Shown piece after piece: positions 38,576 through 47,910 of a stretch of DNA of 64,000 nt. The translations under genes and the position numbers were made by a program. The DNA lies in assembly GCA_965240325.2 (NCBI GenBank), contig OZ251222.1, positions 1,798,001 through 1,862,000 of the forward strand, in the 5' to 3' direction. A model generated the notes under the pieces. It was not told where the DNA came from and searched no databases. It saw nothing but the letters and a program-made list of their open reading frames with translations. Source of the stretch: Rebecca billardiae RCC1528. Taxonomy: Eukaryota > Protista > Haptophyta. Within the stretch, counting starts at the first letter, position 1. Each line of letters starts with the position of its first letter.

Positions 38576-40748
38576 CTCGAAGCTCACGCGGCGCCTTGCT
38601 AGCGGTGACGGCGGAAGCGCATGAGACCGGCGCACCCGTCGTCGCCGTCACTACTCTGAACTCGGTACCCGGCCCAGCGCGCCCGGGGCAAAATCCCGGA
38701 TCGTGTTTTGCGCTCGACCACGATGGCGCTCACGCCCATCGCGCACGTCGTTGTGGAGGGCACCAGACGAAGAGTTCAAGCTGCGAGTCTCGTGGGCGAA
38801 CTCCATGCCGTTGAGGAGCACGAGCACCATCAAGTTTGTCTCACTTTGGGGGGGGAGGGCACTTTGAGACAAACCGCGTGCGCACGCCCGAAGGGCTAAC
38901 CAACTGGGGAGAGCAAGCTTCCCATGGGCTCTTGACGCGTATCTGGCGTCCCTACTACCTCCCATGGCATGGCCAGCCGTCAGGTTGGCGTCCCCTTGCA
39001 GTAGTAGACTACCTTGCTCACGTCACTGAAGGGCACCGTGCATCGCGGTTCGCGGCCGTCTCACAGTGGCGGGGCACGTTCGGCGGCTACGTTTGGTGCA
39101 TGCAGGCCAGGCATGGGCAGCGGAGCAGCCGGCAAACGAGCGGAGGTGCCGAGCATGCACCTTGGGCACCCATGCGACGCGCCTCGACAGACTTGCGTCC
39201 ACCTCACCAGGCGCTGTAGCGCGTGCGAGGCGGGCGCCATGCACCACGCCCAGTGGGCGCCACTGGGCCGCCACTGTGACTGGGCCGCCGCCTTTGTCAC
39301 AAAAGTGCCCTCTGTCTCATTCTGCCCTCATCGACCTGTCGTACTGGACGAACCGCGTAAGCAGCCAACTGCTGCAGCATTAGCTACTTACCCCCGCCAT
39401 ACTGTACTGTACGACGGCGGGGCGAGGACGACGGGCGCTCGGGCGCGCCGCGAGCGGGCGCGAGGCGGCCGCAGCCCTTCATAGAAATTAGAATCCAGGC
39501 CTCGCAGTCGTCGCGCAGGCGGACGGCTGAACGAATCTTCCGACGCGGCGCTACCATCGGCGACGGCTTCATGGGCGGTGACAGTTGGCGGGCGTCAATC
39601 TCGCCTGCCTGAGCTGTGCGCGTCTGTCGTTACTTTATTCTTAGTAAGTTATACTGTAATGGCGCACGCCCCCCCCCCCGAAAGGTCTGAGCGTGAGCGA
39701 AAGCCGGGGGGGGGGCGGCGCACGTGCTCCGCAAAATCAAAAAGAGGATGCGCGCAGGATTTTGGGGCTTTTTCGGTAGGTGGCCACCGCGTATGAGTGG
39801 ATATCGCTGCCGCAATGATTGCGTTTGTACTGCCCCTTAATTTTAACGATAGTAACACTTAGGGGAATGCAGGGTGGAATAGCACATAACACCAGCCGTG
39901 TGTTAGAACATTCCGTCATAGTAAGATGCCTGAATTGTAAGAGCCTGAAACAGCTCGCCAACCATAGAAACGATAGGTTGGCGGGTCGTCAGCTTTGATT
40001 CACGCGCTTCTGAAAAACAGCGTTTTAGATTAGACGCATCCCTCTTCTCTTAAGAGAACTGCGCTTCAAAAACACCGTTTCAACGAAAGACGATCGCCCG
40101 CCATTCAACTGAAACGAGATTCTGCATAAAGCGAACCAAACATTTGGTTCGGTGGCAATCCAATTCTTGTATTTCAGATGAACGACACAGCCTGAAGGCG
40201 AACATTCTCGCTCTCGACCCATATGATCATTTGTTGATGAGGCCTGAATTCGCTCATCAACAATGATGGCAGCGACGCGATATGTTATTGCGCGGGTAGC
40301 TTGAATCGACGTTCCCGCGCGCCCTGGTTCATACGGTTATCAAGGTGGTAAAGTTTTATAATAATGGTACGAGCTAACGAACCGTCATTTCTGGGCTCTC
40401 TGGTCGCGAACAGTCACGATCCAACCGCCGCCCGCACGTCGGCGCGAGTCCCGGTGCGATGCGGCGGCCTTTGTAGCGGCCAGGCGGAGGCGTCGGGGGC
40501 GGCGGCTGAAGGGAGCGAGGGCGGTGGTGGCGGCACGGACGAGGGAGGCGCGCCGAACGGCATGTCCGTCCTCACCCTAGCCAGCGGCGGCCGCCCGCGC
40601 GTCACCGCCGCCGGCTCTCAGCCGACGCCGCCGCCCGCGAGTGCCGCCCGAACGGCGCGCGGCGAGCGCGTCACGGCAGGCGGCGGGGGCGGCGACTGCA
40701 GGGAGCGAGGGCGATGGTGGCGGCGCAGTCGAGGGAGGTGCGCCATCC

Positions 40749-41247
40749 GGACAGCGCGGCGGCGCGGCGCGCGGCCGAGCGCGGGAGCCTGGGCGGCGGC
40801 GGGCGCGCGGCGGGGCATGTGGCGCATGTGCTGCCCGAGAGGCTGGCGCACTCGCCCAGCGCCGCCGCGCACACCGCCGCCGACCTCGCGCGCACGACCT
40901 CCGTCAACTCCTCCGTCAGCGGCGGAGAGCGCGTCGCCTCGCCGCCCACGCTGCCGCCCAGCCGGTTCGTCATCCGAGCGCTCGCCGGGCGCCCGCGGCG
41001 TGCGGACAGCGCGGCGGCGCGGCGCGCGGCCGAGCGCGGGAGCCTGGGCGGCGGCGGGCGCGCGGCGGGGCATGTGCTGCCCGAGAGGCTGGCGCACTCG
41101 CCCAGCGCCGCCGCGCACACCGCCGCCGACCTCGCGCGCACAACCTCCGTCAACTCCTCCGTCAGCGGCGGAGAGCGCGTCGCCTCGCCGCCCACGCTGC
41201 CGCCCAGCCGGTTCGTCATCCGAGCGCTCGCCGGGCGCCCGCGGCGT
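40749..41247 (+). repeat. ~250-bp tandem duplication inside family B copy 2
   Basis: GGACAGCGCGGCGGCG...GCGCCCGCGGCGT occurs at ~40749-41001 and ~41005-41247 and is near-identical apart from a 9-bp indel. Confidence 0.85.
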
Positions 41248-41722
41248 CACGGCGGCGTGCGCCGGGCCGCGGTCGCCGCCTACTAAGTGGTGGGACCGCC
41301 GCTGGGGGGCGGGGCGGGCGGAGGAGATGGCGGTGGCGAAGGAGGACGCGGTGGTGGACGTGGACGTCACGCAGTCCGAGCTGCACTGGCTCATCCACCT
41401 CCTCTCTGCACTCGACCCGCCGCCGTCACCGACGGCGCAGCAGCTGGCGGCGGCGCGACGGATGGTGGCGGGCGCGGCCGCGGCCGAGGCGGGCGCGCGC
41501 CGCGCGCGCCGCTGCGGCGGCGTGGAGCGGCGGGAGCTGAGCGGCGCGCTGCTGCACACGCAGTCACGCTGCGCACGTGCTGCAGACGCTGAATACGAGC
41601 GCGCCACCGCCGACGCCGTCGCGCCGCCGCTGCCCCCGCCGCACCGGCACCGTCCGACCGTCCGACCGTGTCGTCACAAGCCGCGGCTGCTGCTCACATT
41701 CACAAGCTCACTAGCGTCTTAA

Positions 41723-43075
41723 CCCCTATTGTGGAACGGACCCCTATTGTGGAACGGCGCCAGTTTTTCCTATGTAGAGCTCGGATGTCGCGGAGGCGAT
41801 GAGATCGGCGGCTACCGCCGTGTGCGCCTGGCCAAGGCGCGTCCAACGAGCCCAAGAACGTCGCCATAGCCCCACCCCAGCGCCGTCCGCTGCCGATCGT
41901 TTGCTGGAGTCAGAGCTGAGAATCTGGTGTGAAAAAATGGTTTTCGGCTCCTGTAGGCCGAAGCTTCGGCCGGGAGGGCGCGCACGGTATTTTTGGGAGC
42001 TCCCCGAGAGCAGCCCGGGCAGGGAATCAAGCCGGCTTGCCGCTGCGGCACTCGTGGATGGAGCGCGAGTGACACGAATTGGGTCAGGTCAGCATGGCTG
42101 ATTCCTGGGTTGGAGGGTCGAGGACGCCCCGCCGCGGCGGGGGGCGGTGCGGCGGCGCGAGCTGACTGGTGGCGATGATGAACGCGTAGCCGAAGGTGCC
42201 GGACCGTCAGGCGACGCCCAACCCCGCAAAGCAGCTTCATCGCCTGCCGACCGCGCGAGAGCCGCGCCGCGCGAAGCGGCTGGGCGCGAGTGGACTACGA
42301 CCCGCCGGATGCAGCCATCAGGGACTGTGTGTAGAGCGGGGAGCTGGCGTGAGGGCACAGCTGTCGCCGACTTCGGCTCATATGCCGTGACAACGGGCCA
42401 CGCTCTGTCGGATGGTGAAGGACCCGACCAGCCCGTCGAGGCCGCTGGGGCTGAAGCCGCGGCTGAGCGGCTGTGACGGTCGAGCAGATGCACACCAACT
42501 GGGTCGCGGAGATAGCGCTACTCGGCTTCGCGCCGACCACGCGGCAGGTCTGCATCGATGCGGCGCTCCTCTTCCTGCGTAGCGGCGCGCCCTTCTCGAC
42601 GCTCTCCAGCATGCCCTGGAAGCGGTGGTGTCGGCGGCGGCTCCGGCGCCACGCGAAGGCGAGCGAGCGTCGATGACGGACACGCTCGTCGACCGCATCA
42701 CTCATCGTGGAGAGGGTTCGCGCGGGCAAGACGTGCCCCCCGGCGGCTGCGGGGTCGAGGGCGGGTGCCCACACCACCAGCACGCCGGCGAGCGCCAGTG
42801 GGCCGACTGCGAACGCTCAGGAGCCAGCAGTGGCACCGTCCTGAGCGAGGAACCAAAATCGTTCCACAATAGGGGTCAGTCGACCCGTCGACGCACCCCG
42901 CGCGCGCGCGCGCGCGCGCGCGCGCGCGCGGGCTAGTTTCGAGCTCCGCACCTTCAGAGGTGTATGGTCCCTTCGGTAGGACCCATGGCCAGTACCTGAC
43001 ACCTTAAGATCGCTCGCCGAGCCGCACTACCTCGCCCTAGGGGCGGAAAACCCGAAAATCGTTCCACAATAGGGG
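41723..43075. mobile_element. Non-autonomous piggyBac-like element (1353 bp)
   Basis: TTAA on both sides and 16-bp TIR CCCCTATTGTGGAACG. A second copy of the repeat lies 2 bp inside the left end and at 42860-42875 on the right (asymmetric internal repeats). Confidence 0.8.
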
Positions 43076-43173
43076 TTAAGACGTTAGCTGCGTGATGGTG
43101 ACTAGCCACTAGGGCCGTGCGCCCTCAACTTCGTTGTTCACTACCCGAAGATCGGCGTAGCCGATCATATATA

Positions 43174-43967
43174 TAACGACGTGGCAGCATCCGACAAGCG
43201 TCAGGCTCAGAGTGCAACAGACACATAGAATGCGTCCGCGCCTTCCGTCCAGGTCAGACAGTGCGCCACCCGCAGCCCTGCCCCCCTACGGGAGCGGGGC
43301 CGGGATGGAGCACCGCCTCGGCCTGGGGCACGCGGCGGCGACGGCAGATGCCGCCGCGGCCGAGCGCCTTCCGGAGCACTTGGATGAGGGTGAGGTCGTA
43401 GTCGATGTCGCCGCCCGCCGACCTAGCGGCGAGCAGCTCCGGCAAGCGGCAGCCGCGGCTGTCGCCCCCGTGCGCCCGTGTGGGCGCCTGGATGAGGATG
43501 AGGTCGTAGTACGCGTCGCCGCGCGCCGGCCAAGCGGCGCGCAGCTGCAGAAGAGGGGCTCGGAGAGTGAGCGCGCCGCCTAGCGCGCTCTGGGCGATGA
43601 AGCAGATGAGGTGGTAGTCGATGTCGCAGCCCGGCCCGCCGGCGGGCTGCTGCAGATACTGTAATATATATATATATATATAAGCCGCGGCTGCCGCTTG
43701 CCGGAGCTGCTCGCCGCTAGGTCGGCGGGCGGCGACATCGACTACGACCTCACCCTCATCCAAGTGCTCCGGAAGGCGCTCGGCCGTGGCGGCATCTGCC
43801 GTCGCCGCCGCGTGCCCCAGGCCGAGGCGGTGCTCCATCCCGGCCCCGCTCCCGTAGGGGGGCAGGGCTGCGGGTGGCGCACTGTCTGACCTGGACGGAA
43901 GGCGCGGACGCATTCTATGTGTCTGTTGCACTCTGAGCCTGACGCTTGTCCGATGCTGCCACGTCGT

Positions 43968-43969
<2 letters not shown>
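43174..43969. mobile_element. Two family C copies in inverted orientation (43174-~43662 minus; 43683-43969 plus)
   Basis: ~287-bp near-perfect arms at 43174-43460 and 43683-43969. Both end in CCACGTCGTTA and both ends of each copy abut (TA)n. Confidence 0.85.

Positions 43970-44033
<64 letters not shown>
43970..44033. repeat. (TA)n microsatellite
   Basis: About 32 TA units. Confidence 0.97.
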
Positions 44034-44034
<1 letters not shown>

Positions 44035-44378
44035 TTTATAAGCTACAGCATTAGACATCAGTAATACCGACTGAGCTAGCTAGGGGGTAGGGCACTCTGA
44101 AATCGTGCCAACATACACGAATTCCGCCATAAATCGAAATCGAAAACGATTATATTCCTTTCATCTCGAAAGCGTTTATACGTTTTCTCGAAGTAAAAAA
44201 CGAACTCGTTTTCGTTTTCTCGACGAAATATCGAATAACTCGTTTTCGATATCGGTTTAATTTAATAAATTTTCCGTGTCCTTTTTTTCTGCCGCTTTCA
44301 GTCCGACCAAGGGCGGCTGGTATTTTGTGCTGCTGGTATTTTGTAAGCCCCACGACATCACTATATATATATATATAT

Positions 44379-47199
44379 TGTTGTATTAATCCCGAATTTC
44401 CTCCGTGCACGATTTCTTTTCCTTTCCAGGCGCTTGGATCCAACCGCCAGGAGAGGTCGAGTCCCAGGTACTATCGCTGTCGTACCTGCCCTCCCTGAAC
44501 CGGCACGAGCGCGCTCGGCCCCTAATCCTATTGCTTTCGCCGCTGTCCGCAGGCGAACGCAAGCCGCCGGGTACGTATGTCCGTTTTCCCCCGGCGCTAT
44601 TGGTCTAACGACCTATCAGTTTACTGGACCTGGTGCCGTTTCCTTCTGCACCCGTGTGGGACGACTCCCGCACCGCCCGCTCGTCCGCACGGACGACGCT
44701 GCTGACGACGTCCGCAGGGACACTGTGATAAGCCCCTGCGTGACCGGGGAACTGGTAAGGCGGAATAAACATCATGAGCTCAAACGTGTGAAACCACGGA
44801 CCGCCGGGCATGGCCCATCCAGCCGGTCGCAGCGCCGCGGGTGTCGCGACGAACGCGCGGGCAATGATGCTCGCGTGCAGCGCGCTCTGCATCGAGCAGC
44901 CGAGTGAAAGCGCGCTGATGAACCAGATGCCCACGCACGGCGTGGTGTACGAGTTCGGTGACTACCAGAAGGACATCCGTTACGCAACCTCGAATGTCCT
45001 CCGCCTGCAGGGCGGCTGCGCGCGCGGTACGAACCGCGCGAGCATTGACGTGCCCGCGTGTGGCACTTGCGGTGACGACACCGCGGCGGGGGCCTGGATG
45101 GTCCCCGTGATCGACAACGTCGAGCACGAGCTCGATGATGATGGGAATGGCAACGATGCCTACCCTTCACGGCATCCGCTGAGACCGATGCTGCGAGCGC
45201 CCCGACCATCCTCACGAGAGGACAGCTGGACGGGGCGCGAGGTGCTGCTCGATGACGGGCAGCAGCAGGTGATACACTCAAAGGACGTGTACATCATTGA
45301 TGAGCGGTCGCTGGTCGAGGGGAGGCACACTCCATTCGCGGCCAGCGATGACAATGCCGAGCCCGAGACTAAGCTGGGGGACGCCGCTGACGGCGAGCTC
45401 ACCGGCGAGGGCGACGAGCATTTCGAGATTGAGGACGGCGCGGCCGATGACGGCGGCGCTGCTGCTCATGATGACGGGGGCGCGGCGAGCGAAGCTGCGC
45501 AACCGAGCGCCGACGGCGATGACGCCGGAGGCGATGACGACGCACGAGCTGGTGAGTCCGCGGCGCCCGAGCTGCCGCGCGACTACGACCCGATGCGACG
45601 AGACCGAGCGAGGCGGAGCAGACCCGCCGCGCAGACGGTGCAGGCTGTTGTGAAGGCGCTCCCTGGCATGCGCCAGGCTGGGCGCGTGTGGTACCTACAC
45701 TTGCGTAAGTGTTTGCTCGAACATGGGTTCGAGCCGTGCCCGAGCGCGCCGTGCATCTACTCGAAGGCAGTCGATGGCCGCTACGTGTTCGTCGGACACT
45801 TTGTCGACGACCTGCTGATGATGAACATCTCGAAGGACAAGTCCGCGCTGGACGCGCTGATGACGGCGTTGTTGACGCACTACGAGATGCAGGGCGCGGA
45901 CTGCTTGAGCAAGTTCCTTGGCGCCGAATTTGAGACCACGGTGGACGGACTTTTTACCCACCTGAACCAGTACATCGGTGATGTGTGCGAGCGCTTCCAC
46001 CTGAGTGGAGAGCGCCACCCACCGACCCCCGAGTGCAGCGAGACGCGCGAGATCCCCCGCCCGCTGCAAGCCCTCCTGCTGCGCGCTGACCGCCAGCACT
46101 ACCAGGAGATGACCGGTGCCCTCATGTACTGCATGACGACGTGTCGCCCCGATATCGCACACGCCGTGAACATGCTGGCACGCCGGATGTCCAATCCCCG
46201 GCTCTACGACTTGACCGCCGCGAAGCGCACGCTCCGATACTTGCTCGGCACGCGTCGGCGCGGCATCCTGTTCCGGCACGCGACGCACGCACAACACCCT
46301 GATTTGGTGGCGTACGCGGACTCGGACTGGGCGAACGATCGTGAAGATCGACGTTCTACGACGGGATACCTTGTTATGTACAACGGGGTCCCGATCTCGT
46401 GGCACAGCGGACTGCAGAGCGTGGTCGCGTTGTCTACGTGCGAGGCGGAGTACATCGCGCTGAGCGAGTGCTGCCGCGAGGTGATCTACCTGCGCGACCT
46501 GGTCACGTTTTTGAACGAGCCGGTCGTGGAGCCCACGACGGTGATCTACGAGGATAACCAGGGCACGATCGATTTGACGAACAACCCGGTGCACCACAAG
46601 CGCACCAAGCACATTGACGTGAAGTACCATTTCACGCGGCGCGCGCAAGCCGACGGCGCCGTGCTGATCCAGAAGGTGCCGACCGACGACAACCGGTCCG
46701 ACATCATGACCAAGGCTACCGCGACGAGTACTTTTCTGAAACACGTCGTGGCGATACTGCATGCTGTTCCACCACCTCCGCCGCCTTCGGCATGATGTCG
46801 AGGGGGGGTGTTGTATTAATCCCGAATTTCCTCCGTGCACGATTTCTTTTCCTTTCCAGGCGCTTGGATCCAACCGCCAGGAGAGGTCGAGTCCCAGGTA
46901 CTATCGCTGTCGTACCTGCCCTCCCTGAACCGGCACGAGCGCGCTCGGCCCCTAATCCTATTGCTTTCGCCGCTGTCCGCAGGCGAACGCAAGCCGCCGG
47001 GTACGTATGTCCGTTTTCCCCCGGCGCTATTGGTCTAACGACCTATCAGTTTACTGGACCTGGTGCCGTTTCCTTCTGCACCCGTGTGGGACGACTCCCG
47101 CACCGCCCGCTCGTCCGCACGGACGACGCTGCTGACGACGTCCGCAGGGACACTGTGATAAGCCCCTGCGTGACCGGGGAACTGGTAAGGCGGAATAAA

Positions 47200-47204
<5 letters not shown>
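44379..47204 (+). mobile_element. Internally deleted Ty1/copia LTR retrotransposon (2826 bp)
   Basis: 396-bp TG...CA LTRs at 44379-44774 and 46809-47204 that look identical. PPT AGGGGGGG precedes the 3' LTR. TATAT on both flanks within a TA tract. Confidence 0.95.
44810..46795 (+). CDS. Copia pol remnant: C-terminal part of RT plus RNase H
   Basis: KALPGMRQAGRVW, HFVDDLL, RPDIAHAV, YADSDWA...RRSTTGY, STCEAEY and HKRTKHIDVKYHF. No gag knuckle, protease or integrase core. Confidence 0.9.
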   Translation: MAHPAGRSAAGVATNARAMMLACSALCIEQPSESALMNQMPTHGVVYEFGDYQKDIRYATSNVLRLQGGCARGTNRASIDVPACGTCGDDTAAGAWMVPVIDNVEHELDDDGNGNDAYPSRHPLRPMLRAPRPSSREDSWTGREVLLDDGQQQVIHSKDVYIIDERSLVEGRHTPFAASDDNAEPETKLGDAADGELTGEGDEHFEIEDGAADDGGAAAHDDGGAASEAAQPSADGDDAGGDDDARAGESAAPELPRDYDPMRRDRARRSRPAAQTVQAVVKALPGMRQAGRVWYLHLRKCLLEHGFEPCPSAPCIYSKAVDGRYVFVGHFVDDLLMMNISKDKSALDALMTALLTHYEMQGADCLSKFLGAEFETTVDGLFTHLNQYIGDVCERFHLSGERHPPTPECSETREIPRPLQALLLRADRQHYQEMTGALMYCMTTCRPDIAHAVNMLARRMSNPRLYDLTAAKRTLRYLLGTRRRGILFRHATHAQHPDLVAYADSDWANDREDRRSTTGYLVMYNGVPISWHSGLQSVVALSTCEAEYIALSECCREVIYLRDLVTFLNEPVVEPTTVIYEDNQGTIDLTNNPVHHKRTKHIDVKYHFTRRAQADGAVLIQKVPTDDNRSDIMTKATATSTFLKHVVAILHAVPPPPPPSA

Positions 47205-47663
<459 letters not shown>

Positions 47664-47787
47664 CAGTGAAGCCTGCTGTCAGTGTGTGAGTGTGACACTG
47701 TCGTCTGTCAGTCTGACACGGTGTGTATCATGCTGATTATTCATGTCGTTGTCGGATGTGACGACGGATATCTTTATAAGACTTTAT

Positions 47788-47873
47788 TTTGAAAACGTAC
47801 GGTAGTGATGAGCGGGCCCGCCTGGGCGGGCTCTACGGCTGCGCGCTCCGCCCGCCTGCAGCACCGCGGGCCA
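47788..47873 (-). mobile_element. Degenerate orphan 5' end of a family A element
   Basis: The reverse complement reads TGGCCCGCGGTGCTGCAGGCGGGCGGAGCGCGCAGCCGTAGAGCCCGCCCAGGCGGGCCCG...CGTTTTCAAAA and aligns to 898-965. Confidence 0.7.
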
Positions 47874-47910
47874 TGATTTATTAAAACGAAACAGCTCGTA
47901 GTCGCGAACA

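Larger units (their letters stand above)
39660..43167 (+). mobile_element. Non-autonomous Helitron2-like element, family B copy 2 (3508 bp, ~2150 bp without the nested element)
   Basis: Same termini as 32117-34165: ATIR at 43112-43123, hairpin at 43150-43166. Shared internal block at ~40270-40340 vs ~32470-32540. Confidence 0.8.

Noticed and set aside
40364-41722. 452-aa ORF in family B copy 2 as a transposase or Rep protein
   Set aside because: Low complexity, inflated by the tandem duplication, with no HUH, helicase or DDE motif.
44040-44370. AT-rich segment with repeated TCGA/CGAAA motifs as a MITE
   Set aside because: It looks like subterminal repeats, but I could not define TIRs or a TSD.
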